From: a virus
IMG/VR virus record: IMGVR_UViG_3300048503_000180
Location: 15,123 to 79,122 of that record
Length of the DNA stretch: 64,000 nt
Strand: one strand, 5' to 3'
The position numbers and the translations under genes are program-made. Numbering within the stretch: the stretch's first letter is position 1; every line of letters begins with the position of its first letter. Shown piece after piece: positions 1 through 12,498 of the stretch. The notes below the pieces were generated by a model, which was given only the letters and a program-made list of their open reading frames with translations, made no database searches and had not been told where the DNA came from.

Positions 1-506
1 CTTCGCCCAGTGGCATCACGCTGCCGGCCATCTCCACGCCGCATGAATTCAATGCCGGCATGATCAGCACTCTGACGTTCAACGGCATCAACTACCTTTC
101 CGGCGGTAGCGCCAAGCAGTTCGTGTCGATGGAAGCCTCCTGGGAAAACAACTTCCGGCCCGGCTTCTTCCCTGGCTCGGGAGCTCAGGATGGCTACCAG
201 ATCCAGGGGCGTTTCGAGTGGGGTGATCGGGCTTTCGCGGTGCAGTTTGTAGTGCGCGTGCAGGCGGGATCGACGGAGTACTCCAACCTGATCAACCTGA
301 CCACCGGGACGGCCACGTTCACCATGACCCGCGACGCCAACAACTCGTTCACGATGCTCATCCAGAAAATGGGCTTCAACGTCGCCGAACTCGGAAACAC
401 CGATGGCATCGTGACGCTCCAGATCACCGGCGTGCAGCTCTACGACCCCACCAACGGCATGGTGACAATGACCATCACCACGCCGCTACAGGGCATCTGC
501 CAGTAG
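1..506 (+). CDS. Major tail tube protein, 3' part (5' end outside window)
   Basis: 145/148 aa identical to the C-terminus of the gene ending at 62152; lies just before the tail assembly chaperone. Confidence 0.75.
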   Translation, partial: SPSGITLPAISTPHEFNAGMISTLTFNGINYLSGGSAKQFVSMEASWENNFRPGFFPGSGAQDGYQIQGRFEWGDRAFAVQFVVRVQAGSTEYSNLINLTTGTATFTMTRDANNSFTMLIQKMGFNVAELGNTDGIVTLQITGVQLYDPTNGMVTMTITTPLQGICQ

Positions 507-515
507 GAGACTCAC

Positions 516-1124
516 ATGGAAATCGAAAAGAAAGCGGGCTTCGATGCGTCGAAGCCGTTCGTGGTGCCGATCCTGTCGGGCGGCGATAAGAGCTGCGAGG
601 TGCGGTTTCCCTCGGACGAGGAGTGGTGCGCCTGGGCTCGTGCGCAGCGCACTGTGCGGCATTTTCTCGGGCGCGGGAAGTCTCAGAGCGAAGACGTGGA
701 CCTGCCCAAGATCAACGCGGAGTTATTCGCCAAGATCCGCACGGACAAGGACGGCCCCGCCTTCGATGATGCCGAGGCCGGCATGGTGATCGGCCGCATT
801 GAGCGGTGCGCCGTGGCCAACGTCGAGCGCGAAGGTATCAATTACAGGATCGAGATGAAGGTCCCTGGCACGCGAGTAGTTCACGTGCTACGGATGCCCA
901 CCGCCAAGGAGATGCAGGACCATGAGCGGGCCTCGACCAGCGTCGTGGCCGCCCGCAGGTCCGTCGAGACGCGCGCGTTCCTGGAGCCGAGCGGCGCGCT
1001 CTACGACAAGCTGCACATCTCGCACGAAGGGTACGCCGGCACCGTGCCCATCGTTCACAAGTCGGCTGCGGTGTCCGAGGTCATCGCGCAACTGGCCATC
1101 GAGGCTGACGAAGACCCGGAATAG
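516..1124 (+). CDS. Tail assembly chaperone (gpG-like), 202 aa
   Basis: GGAG RBS; sits between tail tube and tape measure genes; 199/202 aa identical to 62162-62770. Confidence 0.7.
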   Translation: MEIEKKAGFDASKPFVVPILSGGDKSCEVRFPSDEEWCAWARAQRTVRHFLGRGKSQSEDVDLPKINAELFAKIRTDKDGPAFDDAEAGMVIGRIERCAVANVEREGINYRIEMKVPGTRVVHVLRMPTAKEMQDHERASTSVVAARRSVETRAFLEPSGALYDKLHISHEGYAGTVPIVHKSAAVSEVIAQLAIEADEDPE

Positions 1125-1543
1125 CCGCGCCCGGCGATTGGCCGGAGGAGCCGGGCGTTTGCTTCCTAATCCGGTCGGTGCTGCACCAGGGCGGGCTGTG
1201 TGGGCCGGACGAAGATTGTCCCGACCGCGTCTTCCGCTGCCGACGGTGCGGCTACTCGGCGCAGACCGAATTGGAAGGCTGCCCCGCCTGCGGCGCGGAC
1301 TGGAAGGCCATCGACGTTAGTCATGGGCCCGGCTGTCCGAAGAACCTGCTCGAAGAGGCGATGGACACGCCGAACGGCGCTCTGGTTCGGCGGTGCTTCC
1401 GCATTCTGAATGCAAAGAGTATCGGGCTGACGATCACGCTGGCGGATATCACCGAAGAGGAGTTCCGGGTGCTGGAACTGATCGAAGCCGAGCGGCAGGA
1501 GCAGATCAAGCGTGGGGACGGCGGCGCTCATGGTTCCCGCTAA
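1109..1543 (+). CDS. gpGT-like -1 frame extension of the chaperone, Cys-rich (two CxxC)
   Basis: -1 frame is open from 1109 across the gpG stop; no good RBS at GTG 1178; frame conserved in the second copy. Confidence 0.55.
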   Translation, partial: RRPGIAAPGDWPEEPGVCFLIRSVLHQGGLCGPDEDCPDRVFRCRRCGYSAQTELEGCPACGADWKAIDVSHGPGCPKNLLEEAMDTPNGALVRRCFRILNAKSIGLTITLADITEEEFRVLELIEAERQEQIKRGDGGAHGSR

Positions 1544-1658
1544 CCAGAGAGGAAAGGGCGTTCTTTCCGATAACTGCAGAAAAACTGGGTAAGCTTTCTT
1601 CGTAGCGATCCCGCTTCGCCTCCCGCTCCCGGTTGCGCGGTCCCCAACTGGTTGGCGA

Positions 1659-1952
1659 GTGGTACGATTGTCACGGCACATCAAAATGGCACATGCAATG
1701 CCAAGCTGGTTTGGATTCCTGTCGATGGAAGCAGATCTCGCGATGACCTTTATTGACTGCGCAAGACTTCACACTCACCACGGAAACTTCGCCAACTCTG
1801 TCGAAAATGCGCGCAAGGCCCTTGCGGAAATACAGCGCGGCATAGTGAATCCAACTGCGCGGGGGCTTAGTGGAAATGAAGTATCGTTTTTGGAGCGAAG
1901 GTCCGAGGAAATCGAATCGGCACTGGTGGCGTTGACAAGAAATTCAAACTGA
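1659..1952 (+). CDS. Small hypothetical protein (moron slot; start may be ATG 1725)
   Basis: ORF track; element B has different DNA at the equivalent position. Confidence 0.5.
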   Translation: MVRLSRHIKMAHAMPSWFGFLSMEADLAMTFIDCARLHTHHGNFANSVENARKALAEIQRGIVNPTARGLSGNEVSFLERRSEEIESALVALTRNSN

Positions 1953-2118
1953 CTCACTACCCACTTGAAGGAATCGCCCGCACCATTCTGGCTCGCCGAG
2001 GCGACACTGCCTTTTGGAGATCTGCCAAGTCCACTTGGCCCTAACACGCCCACCTCGGATACTGGCCCGCTATCACGCTCTATCGTACGGCTGTTACCCA
2101 TCCAGAACACAGGTGATC

Positions 2119-2577
2119 ATGGCCAGATTCCAAACTGTAATCAAACGCGCGCGCTTCGCCTATTCGGGGTATACCGCGACCGAGATGCAGGGATTCGCAC
2201 AGGTGCTGGCGGATTCCATCCGGGCACGCATTCAGAGCGGGCAGAACATCTACGACCAGGCAGCCGCGCCACTGAAGCCCGGCCAGTCGGGCAGACGCGG
2301 CTACCCCGACTACAAGTCGGCGCGCGGTCTCCAGCCGATCCGCGACTGGACCTGGAGCGGGCACACTCTGCGGTGCCTTAAGGTCCTGACCGCGAACGAG
2401 AATCGCGCGGCGATTGGGTTTCTCGACGAGGCTCTGCCTGGCCGGCGGATGACCGCCTCGCAGATCGCCGCCTTCAACAACCGGCGCGAGGCGCAGTGGG
2501 GTGTATCGCCGCGCGACCGCCAGGCCGTGCTCGCGGCATTTCAGGCTCGTCCCTTCGTGATGCTCAAGGCAGCGTAA
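2119..2577 (+). CDS. Virion morphogenesis / tail completion-like protein
   Basis: AGGTG RBS before ATG 2119; TAAATG coupling to the tape measure gene; position in tail operon. Confidence 0.55.
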   Translation: MARFQTVIKRARFAYSGYTATEMQGFAQVLADSIRARIQSGQNIYDQAAAPLKPGQSGRRGYPDYKSARGLQPIRDWTWSGHTLRCLKVLTANENRAAIGFLDEALPGRRMTASQIAAFNNRREAQWGVSPRDRQAVLAAFQARPFVMLKAA

Positions 2578-5500
2578 ATGGCAGACCAAGCGGAACGCGT
2601 AATCCTCGAAGCCGAGGACCAGGTCACCCCGATAACGGACAAGGCCAACGCCGCCCTCGACGGCTTCGAGAAGAAAGCGGAATCGTCGCACGGCAAGGTC
2701 ATCCGGATTTCGGATCAGACCCGGTCCTCGGTCCAGCGGCTCATCGCCTCCCTCGAAAAGCAGGCCGAGACCTATGGCAAGAGCGGCGTAGACCGGCTGA
2801 TCACCCAGCGGGACCAGCTTCTCCAGCGATACAACCGCGAGCCGCAGGCCATCGACGCAATCACCAGATCCTACGAAAAGATGATCGCCATGGAGGAGAA
2901 GGCCGCGCGCGAAGCTCTCGCGGTTAAGGCGGCGAAGGAAGCCGAAGAAGCGCTGCGGAAGCAGTCCGAAGCCATCACATCGTTCGGTGACCGGGTCAGC
3001 CAATTCATGGAGAATCCGCTCCAGGGGGCGAAGGGCGCTCTCTCGTCCGTGCTGACGACTCTTGGTCCCTTTGGCATTGCTGTCACGGCTGGCGCTGCTG
3101 TATTGGGCACCATTGCGGCGTCCGCATTCGAGGCTGCGAAAAGTCTGGGTGAATATGGCACTCGCGTGAAGGACGCGGAACTGCGTACCGGTTTGACCGC
3201 GAAGGAAGTCGGGCAGTTCGGCTTCGCGGCGCGCGCGGTCGGGCAGGACATCTCGATTGTCGAGCGCCTGATGCGTGGTTTGTCCCAGGCAGCCGACGAC
3301 AATTCCAGGGAAGGCGAAAAGGCGCGGGCCACCTTGCGCGGGATGGGCATCGACTTTCACACCGCCACCGGAGAGATGAAACCCACCTCTGAGATTCTGA
3401 CGGAGATCTCCGAGGGTCTGAACAAGCTCCCGGAAGGCCTTCAGCGGGACGCCGCCGCCATGGACCTGTTCAAAAAGGTCGGCGTGGAGGCGATTCCGTT
3501 CATGACGGAACTCAACGAGAACCTGCGCGTCGCCCACGAGCAGGGCTTCGGGCCACCGAGGAAGACATCCGCCGCTTTGCCGAATACCAGCGTGAAGTGA
3601 CCGTCCTCGAAACCAAGTGGGACGCGCTGGTCCGCAAGTTCAAGGAAGGTCTGGTTGTCACCGTGACGTGGGTCGGTAAGGGCGTCGATTGGTTCCTCAA
3701 TAACATCAGCACCGCCGGAGACGATGAACGGCAGCGCCGCGAAGAGGAGCAGGCGATGCAGGATGCCGCCGACATTCGGGCGGCGGGCGGCATTGGGGCG
3801 AAGATGTCGATCTCCGGTCATCGTCAGGAAGTGGCAGACCTGGAACGCCGGGCGCCGGACATCATGAAGAACCGCGATGCCACCTTGAAGCGCATCGAGG
3901 ATTTACGGGCCCAACAGCAGGGGCTGGTCGGCGACTTCGGCATTCTGCAAGCCATCGCTCCCACGCGCGACGAGGAGGCCCGAGCGAAGCGTGCGGACGA
4001 CATTCAGAACCAGATTCAGCAGTTGCAGAAGATGCTGAACGATGCCGAGGCAGCCACCAAGCGGACAGACCTGCGTGCAGGCAAGGAAGAAACGGATCGC
4101 ATTCGCGCCCGGTTCTTCGGCACGCACGATGGCATGGAGAAGGCTTACGCCGATGCCAAGAAGGATGTCGAGCGGCTCCAGAAGCAATTGCTCGAACCCG
4201 ACAAGCCGTTGACGAAGGCTCAGGCACAGGATCTGGGCCAACAACTCCACACTGCGGAAGCCACCGAAGCACGCCGCAAGGCGGCATTGGACGCGGTGGC
4301 AAAGGGTGCAGAGCAGCTCAGGGATTTCCGCCGCCAGGCGGCCGAGTTCGAGAAGAAGGGCGATGAGGCCGAGCTTGACGCGATCGGCAAAATCTACTAT
4401 CAGCGCGACCAGCTTCTACAGCAGGCCGCGAAGGTCAAGGCTTCGGAATCGGAAATTGCCGCGATCCGCAAAGCAGCGGACGAGCAGGCAGCCGTCCTGT
4501 CGAAGAAGGCATGGGAGGAGTTCGAAAAGTACGCCGACAAGCAAGCGGCCGAGCAGCAGAAGAAAATGCTCGCACTCATGATGCCGAGCAAAGAGCAGAT
4601 GAAGGAGTGGGAGGAAGGCTTCGCCGCGCAGGAACGGATCGAGGACATCGGGGTCCAGGCGCAACGCGATGAACTGCGGCGGCGCGCCGCGCGGTCCGCG
4701 CGCATGGCGGAACTGACTGCCGGCCAGGAAACGCCGATGGCCATGTCTGAGGCCGAAAAGCGGGAGCTATCGGCGCGAAAGGAAGAGGCAGCGGCGCAGC
4801 AAGCCTACCAGATCCGGCTCGATCTGGCTGTCCAGTTGGCGGGGATCGAAGCGGAACGGATATCGAAAGAAGAGAACGCGGCCAAGCGCTCCGTCCTGGC
4901 GGCGCAGGCGCAGAAGGATCTTTACACGGAAATCGCCCAGGCGCAGGACCAGTTCGAGGAAAAGCAGGCGCAACTCCAGCAGAAACGCCAGCAGGAGATC
5001 CAGTCGCAGTTCGACAGCCTGCAGAAGCAGGCAGAAAAGCTGATCGACGTTCTGTTCACCAAGCCCAAGAACTTCGGCAAGGATCTGCTGAGTACGGTCC
5101 ACGCCGCGGTGCTCAAGCCGGTGACCGAAACGCTGGGCGGCATGGCGGCGAACGTCCTCCATCCGATCATCTACGGCGCGGACGGGCAGGGCGGGCTCGC
5201 TGGTGTGTTCAAGGGCGGTAAGCAGGACCCGGTGCGCGTGTCCACCGACCAGAACACCGCCGCGACCATGCAGAACAGCGCGGTGATGGCGGCACTGACG
5301 GCTATCCTGGCCGCAGGCATGGGAGTGGCTGCTCCATCCTTGCAGAGTGGTGCCGCCGGCGCTGCGGGCGTTTTGGGAATCTCCATTCCATCGATCTCGG
5401 CGCCGGCCAAGATGAGCGCGCCTACGGGGGCGGGCGGCTACTCCCCGGCCGCGTGGAGTTCCGGTGGTACCGGATTCGACCCGATTGCAATGCTGTTCGG

Positions 5501-6654
5501 CGGCGGCACGCGTAGCGGCTCCGGAGCGGCTGGCGGTGGAGCGGGGGTCGGCGGGACGGATCACTCTTCGTCGGGCGCGGCCACCGGCGGTTATACTCCC
5601 GCTCCTTGGGCTGCTGGCGGCGGAGATTGGTCCGGTGCATCGGCGGGGACGCCGACGTTGAATCGGGCGCCGGGCGGGACGGGCGGATTCAATCCGCTGG
5701 CGATGTTGTTCGGCGGTGCGCGCGGCGGCGCGGCTGGTGGGAGTGGGCCGAACGGTCTGGCGGGAATCGTCAGTAACCTTCAAGAGCACGAACTGGGGGA
5801 GTTTCAAGCGGAGCCCGTCTAATCCGACCTACGGCACGGATGAAAACGGCAACGACGTCCAAACCGGAGATTCCGGCGGCAAGATCACGGGTGTAGGTGG
5901 CGTGGCCGGGGCCGCGATGCTGGCGGGCGGCACGATGCTTGCGCAACAAGGGCTGCTCGGGAACAGCCGTGGCACGTGGACGGGCACAGCGGAAGGGACG
6001 GCTGGCGGGGCGGCCATCGGGTTCCAGATGGGAGGCCCGTTGGGCGCGCTGATTGGCGGCGCCGCCGGTTTCGGCATTGGCATCGGAGAGATGATAGCCG
6101 GCGTCAAGTCTCCGCAGAGGGAGGCGCACGACGACATCAAGAGCATCTACGGTGTCGATATTCCCCAGAACAGCGGCACGATCAAGCAGGTGGTCCAGAT
6201 CGCGCAGTCGCAGTTCGGCGGCCAGATCGCGGTGGCGGTGCGATCCCCGAGCGTCCGTCAACTCGTGATGCTGTATTCGGAGGCGACCGGCCAGAAGATG
6301 CCGCTGTCGGCCACGACGCCATACGCGGGGAGTCTGGTGGAGCAGGGCGGCAAGCTCTATCAACAAGCCAGCTACCAGGATGGCCAGGCTCACGCCTACG
6401 CCTCGAACATTCCGACGCTCGGCGGCATCGCGGCGGGAACATATCCCACGCCCGGTGGCCCGAACACGGCTGGCGGCAGCGGTGCGACGTACCTCTCGCT
6501 GAACATCAGCGGCAACGACGCCGCGAACTTCATGACCGGCCAGTTCGTCACGCCGCAGTTCGTGACCGACCAGGCGATGGCGGCGCAGTATTCGAGCTAC
6601 GGGCGCACGCAGCAGTCGGCCAACATGCAGTTGCCCGGATTGACGGTGGCGTGA
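2578..6654 (+). pseudogene. Tape measure protein (about 1,360 aa) split by two single-base indels at about 3552 and 5780
   Basis: Long Ala/Glu/Gln helical sequence with a Gly-rich C-terminus; one-base corrections join the three ORFs (..EQGFG|PTEEDIRRFAEYQREVTV.., ..VSN|FKSTNWG..). Confidence 0.8.
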
Positions 6655-6660
6655 TTCAAA

Positions 6661-7917
6661 GTGCCAGGCAATCTCGTACAATCCGCACCCAACGGGGTGA
6701 TGCCGGCCTCGCTGTGCACCGCGTTCACGGAGTTGCGGGAGTACGCGCAACTCCAGAATCAGTATCACGACGGCACGATCCAGCGGTCGCAGCTTGCGCA
6801 GACCTCGCGCCGCACGTTCCGGCTCAGCAAACGATTGAGCGCATCGGTGCTCTCGGCGCTGTACAGCTTCTGGGTATCGCAGAACGCTGGCCTGACGCCG
6901 TTCGCTTTCTACAACCCGTTCGACGTGGCGTCGGGCCAGCAGATCGGCAGCAACTACGATCCCACCGGCAACAACACGCAGGGGCGCGTGACGGTGGTGT
7001 TCCGCGGCAACTGGGCGCAGGCCACGGACATCGCGCGGACGAACGTGCAGGGCTGGAACTGGTGGAGGTGGCACCACGTCGTGCATGTTCCAATCGCGCG
7101 ACGGATCTTGGAAGATGGGCAGTTGAAGGCGGGCCTTATCTACGATGAGAGTCGCCTGAAAACGTCGCGGATCTCGGTTACGTGGGTGTCGGCGAATACC
7201 TGGGGGCCGGGCTCAATTTATGGAAATGTTCAGTTCTCGCTTCCGTGGGAAACGCTGATCGAGGGCCGTAGATTCTATTGGGTGGAGCCGATGTCAGACT
7301 ATCATCCGGCCGCCTACCGCATTCTGATGACAGACAGCGATTCGGTGCCGAAAAAGGTCACACCCTACGATCCGGCCAAGGACCGTGGGCCTTTACGTTT
7401 CCGCAATGGCACATGGTATTGGAAGAGCGATAATACCTCAGAATTCATGATCGAAGCCGATGTCTCGTTGGAGGAGTGTGACGGCTTTGAGTTCATCGAG
7501 CACAATCGCAACATCTGCCGCCCCTACGGCGACGCCTGCACCGACAAAGCCGCCGACGTATATCGGACTGGCGGCCGGGTGCTTGCGTTCCTGCTCGGGA
7601 ACAACGTTCACAGCCTTGACCACGTTCTAAAGACGACTGCTCGCCGGCGCGGCCTCATCGGCGCAGTCGATATCGGGGCGTATGGAGTCAAAACCGCGTT
7701 GGACCGGGGCGACGAGTCATTTGGTGGCGTGATTCAGAATCCAGAGTCGCGAAGGACCGTAATGCGAGGAGCCCTGGCGCTATACGGTTCCGATCAGAGA
7801 AAGGAAGCACGTAATCTGATCCGGCTCCTTAAGTCGCGAGAGGTATTCGAAAGCGCACTCCGTGAGGTCGTGGAAGATCATTTTGGTGTGACGGGCTGGA
7901 CGCTTCCCGATTTCTAG
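6661..7917 (+). CDS. Chimeric ORF: about 130-aa distal-tail-like protein joined to an unrelated about 280-aa domain with ADP-ribosyltransferase-like motifs
   Basis: N-terminus follows the tape measure gene and ends GLELVEVA in a shifted frame; C-terminal part has HVVH..ILEDGQLK / TWVS / SEF motifs and different codon style. Confidence 0.5.
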   Translation: MPGNLVQSAPNGVMPASLCTAFTELREYAQLQNQYHDGTIQRSQLAQTSRRTFRLSKRLSASVLSALYSFWVSQNAGLTPFAFYNPFDVASGQQIGSNYDPTGNNTQGRVTVVFRGNWAQATDIARTNVQGWNWWRWHHVVHVPIARRILEDGQLKAGLIYDESRLKTSRISVTWVSANTWGPGSIYGNVQFSLPWETLIEGRRFYWVEPMSDYHPAAYRILMTDSDSVPKKVTPYDPAKDRGPLRFRNGTWYWKSDNTSEFMIEADVSLEECDGFEFIEHNRNICRPYGDACTDKAADVYRTGGRVLAFLLGNNVHSLDHVLKTTARRRGLIGAVDIGAYGVKTALDRGDESFGGVIQNPESRRTVMRGALALYGSDQRKEARNLIRLLKSREVFESALREVVEDHFGVTGWTLPDF

Positions 7918-8077
7918 ACCGCTCTTCCGGGTCCGGAAAAGTGCTGCGGGCAATTCGGCGGTATCAGCAGTCCGCACTTTCGAATCGGTTAGGGCCGCAT
8001 TACCGGCTGAGCACATCTGATATCCACGAGCCGTGCCTGAAAACTCGCGCTCGCCCATCTCCCTTTTCAACAACGCT

Positions 8078-11000
8078 ATGCCCGACACCATTGGCCGCAT
8101 CGCCGTCCCCACGGTGATCAACTCCGGCCAGACATTCCCGCTCATCACGCAGTACCCGTTCGGCTTCTCCGTCGAACGCCCGGTGATCGTGCATCGCTTC
8201 GGCAGCCTCGATGCCAAGCAGGAGCAGCGGTACTACGTCGGGATCGGCCCACGCAAGTTTCAGTTCAAGCACCAGAACCTGAACTGGGCCGAAACGAACC
8301 AGCTCAAGGCGTTCTGGGAATCCATGCGGGGACCGTGGAAGGCGTTTACCTACACGGTCCCCAACCCCGCTGGCATGACCACCGGCGTGCTGGTCACCTT
8401 TGAGCAGACGCCGATCTCGTTCGAGTACCTGCGCAACGCCGCGCAGGTCGGACTGAACCTTGTCGAGGTCGTCGATCCGACACAAGCGCCCACCTACGCG
8501 GTCAACTCCACCTGTCTGCGGTTCCCCTCGACCGCGCTGTCCACGGCACTGCTTTCCGAAGTCCAGCAGATCGTCCCCCTGGTCCACATCCGCGTGCGCG
8601 AGTCCGCGGTCCCCGACATCTATGTCTCCGACCGGCGCGTCACGGTGGGCGGGCAGCTATACCTGCCCCGCCTCATTGGGATCGGCGAGCCCGGCTCCGA
8701 CGTCCTGATCTCGCAGGACATCAAAGGCACCTCCGACAACGTCCGCTTTACCTTCGGCAACGGCGACCGCGTTATGACGCAACTCGCCAACGATACGGAC
8801 ATGAAGTACGCCGAGATCGACCTGTGTCTCTTCCATGTGAACTCCGGGATTCTGCTGCAACTCTGGAAGGGCGTCATCCAGAACTTCACCAGCGATGGCA
8901 CGCCGATTTTCCCGGTTACCTGCTCTGACGGCTTCTTCCAGATCATGAACCAGTACCCGGAACGGCAACTCAGCCGCCAGTGCTGGAAGACTTACAACGA
9001 TGGCGTGAACTGTCCGTGGGCCTCAAGGGGTCGCAGCGCCGCGGCGGTAACGGCGGCGGGCGGCGATCCCACGACGCTGCGACTATTACCTCGAATCGAC
9101 AAACGGCTGCCAGGTTCACGGCATGGCTCCCTACTTCGGCGCGCACCAGGCCGACCCACAGGGCGTAGTCATCAAGGACGATTCCACCGGCTTCCTCGGC
9201 TTCGGCCGCAACACCGTCACGGCCACGTCGATCCTCTCGGATACGGTCTGGGGGCTGGCGCTGCCAGAGATCTGGTGCAACAGCGGCGGCAATCCCCTCT
9301 ATGCCTTCCTGGCCAGCGCGCTGATGGTCGCGTATCGCGATGAATCGGGATACGCCGACTCGCTCGGCATTCTCAGCGCTGGCCCTCTCGGCGGATTCAC
9401 CGCGTCGATGGTGGTCACGAACGCGGACGGCTATCGGTACGTGGTGGCTCCCATGGTCGATGGGTACCTATGGCAGGGCCTCAAGCTCGACGGCAACCTG
9501 AACGTCACCAAATACCAGCCGGGCATGGGGCTGCGCTACGTCACCGGCAGCGACCCGGCGAATTCGAGCACCGACTATTTCTCGCTCGGGCAAGGGTCGC
9601 CCCAGGTGTGGGAGCCGAATGTTTACGCTGCGGGCACGGCAGCGTGCGAGATTCGCATCGTCAAGTCCACAACGATTCAGCCCAGCACTCCCGACCAGCA
9701 CCAGATGACGGTCCCCATCGATTACGGGATGTGGGGCTGGACGTGGGACCAGAACGGCAACCGCACGGCGGTCAGAGGCCTCATCAATCCGTTCTGGATC
9801 GCCGTCAACATGCTACTGCGCGCGATGGGCTTGTATGGCGATCCGTCCACCGGCTCGAATCCGGCCGGAGGAAGCGGTCCCACGTCATTCGCGCAGCTCG
9901 CCACATTCGTGTTGCCGTCGCTGATAGTGGGCGATGGAAGCGGCGCGGCCGAGATCGCGGCAGACCAGGTCGCGGCCATCCTCGGCACCGGGGTGGAAAC
10001 GCAGTTCCAATTCCAAGGAATCATCAGCAGCCAGAAGCCGTTCCGCGACTGGCTCACCGAGGTGCTCAATTGCTGCTTGGGATTCTACACCTGGGAGTTC
10101 GGGAAGCTGAAGCTCGGATGCCGCATCAACGCCAGCGCGGTGGATGCATACACGCTCGCCAACTCTCTGTTTCAAAGCCTGCGGCTGACGCCGATTCAAG
10201 CCGGGTTCGAGCACTTGGTGCTTTCGTTCGCCGACGTCGCCTATCAATACCAGGCCAACACGGCAGAGTATTGCGATAAGAGCCACGCGGCGTATTACGG
10301 GCGCGGCGGATCTCCGCTCACCAGCCAAATGCATTCGGTGGGCTGTTCGACGTTGAGCCAGGCGTTGCGCATCGGAGCAACCCGCACGCGCGAAGAGATC
10401 GGCGGCGTGAATCCCGCCGAGTGGCGCGACGCGCGCAATGCCGCATGGCAGACCACCCTGCTTGGTCTCGGCAACGAGGTCGGACAGGTGGTCTCGATGA
10501 CGCATCCCGACATCCCCGGACTCCATGGGACATGCAACGTCACCGGCACCTCGGTCACTTGGGCCAGCGGCGATGCCTTCGACACGTCCATGCAGAGCAA
10601 GGAGGTCGTGATCAACGGCGTGCAGGTGTTGATCACGGGCTACACGACGGACCCGACCTACCACACCGTGACCGGCTTGCTCCTGGCTTCGGCGCCAGGC
10701 AACGGAACCAATCTTCCGTTCCAAATCATAACGATGTCCTTCAGGATTCAGCGATGGAGCTTGAAGAAGGACTGGTCGGTGCAGATCGAAGGACAGACCG
10801 TCACGGACTCCATGTACGATCTGGACGTCGGGCCGAAGCCGATGGACGTCGTGCCCGGACCCCTGCCGCCTCTGTTCTATTCGATTCCGCTCGGGCCGGC
10901 GTGGGCACCGTACCAGGTGCAGGCGGCGGCGAATGACGCGCTGTTTCCAAGCGAGTGGACCTTCGATACGAACCAGTCCTACGCGCAGATGGCAGACGGC

Positions 11001-12497
11001 AGCATGCTCGCAAACCTGGTGGTGACAGGGAAGCTGCCGGTGAACGAGTTCAGCGCCACCGGCGCTGGTGCGCCCGGAATCGGAACGATCACGCAGGCTA
11101 CGACGGGTGGATCGTTGCCGGCCAATGTGACGCTACGCGTGGCCATCTGTGCGGTAGACTCGAACGGGCTTCCTTCGGCCCCGTCGAACATCGCCATCAT
11201 CGGGACCGGAGCGGCGGCGGGTGGCGCGTTCACACTGGAAGGCATCACCTGGCCGGCGGTCGCGGGCCTCGCTTCCTACGTGTTGTTTGTGGCCACCCAG
11301 GACGATCTGATCTGCGCGCAGGCCACCGGAGCGTTGACGGCGGGTCCGAATAGTACTTACACGCCTGGATCGATCTCGTTCGGCGGGCCGCTTGTGCGCT
11401 CGACGTGGGCCCTGCCGTCGCCGTATGTCAGCAAGGTTCGGCTGAAAGCCAAGCATGAGATTCATGGCGGGATCATTGGCGCGCCCGTCGATAGCGTCTC
11501 AACCGGGGTGCTCGTGGTCGGTTACCTGAAAGGCAGCCCGCCATCCAGTAATCCTTCGTTCACGCCGGTGGGCCGCATCATCTCGATCATCGGTAGGCCG
11601 GAAAGCGCCACGCCATTCTTCAGTGCGACGGTCACTTCGTGGGATTCCAGCACCGGAACCATCGGCGTCACTCCCGACCCAAACGGCATCGTGCAGGCGG
11701 GCGACTGCTTGGTGGTCCGGTACTGCGCCGACGCGTCGAACTCCGCCAACCCCACATCCATAACGGACTCCGGGTGCCAGAACATCGCATACCCCGCCGG
11801 GATGACGCCCGGTGCGGAGGTGGGCAACCTGGTGCGAGTGATCAAGGGTGTCTCGCGCGGCACGCCGCCGCGGAAGATCGTCGCGAACACGGCGACCACC
11901 ATCACGTGGGACCTTCCGATGGTCATCAATCCCGGCGATGTGTGGATCATCGAGGAACCGATGTGGCCCTACTCCTGCGACACGACCTCGCTCGATAACG
12001 GCAACCCACTGGCGGTGACGACGATCAACATGCCCACCAGCAATTTCGTGGACGAGGCTCTCGTGATAGCAGGTTTCACGGTGGACGTGAACGGCAACGA
12101 GTCGCCCGACGGCGATGCGCCGATCCGCGAGGACTGGGTGTTCGGCGCGGAAGGACTCTCGAAAGTTGCTGGCCTCGTCTTTCAGATGCAGGGCACGCTC
12201 GGCGTCGAATCGAACGCGGCGCAGCCGCTGTATTTGAATCGCCCGGTGACCGTCGGCGACGTGAAGGGTTATGTGCAAGCGGCCCCCACCGGCTCCGGGA
12301 TCACGTTCACGATCTACGTGGGTGGCGCGGCCTGGCTCACCCTGAGCATTTCCGCCGGCCAGACCGTGGTGGTCGCTACACCATCGCAGGTCGGCGCTCT
12401 TACCCAGATTCCGGCAAACACGGCAGTCTCCATTGGCATCACGGCGGTGGGCACAACGTTCCCCGGCTCGAACCTCTCGGTCTTCATCTACTCGTAA
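8078..12497 (+). pseudogene. Large tail-tip / baseplate hub protein (gpJ-like) with one frameshift at about 9075
   Basis: ORFs 8033-9343 and 9123-12497 join by removing one base (..GGDPT|CDYYLESTNGCQVHGMAPY..); beta-rich tail-protein composition. Confidence 0.7.
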
Positions 12498-12498
12498 A

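Noticed and set aside
3545-3600. Programmed frameshift in the tape measure gene
   Set aside because: No slippery heptamer or stimulator, and a second opposite-sign indel follows; mutation or sequencing error is simpler.
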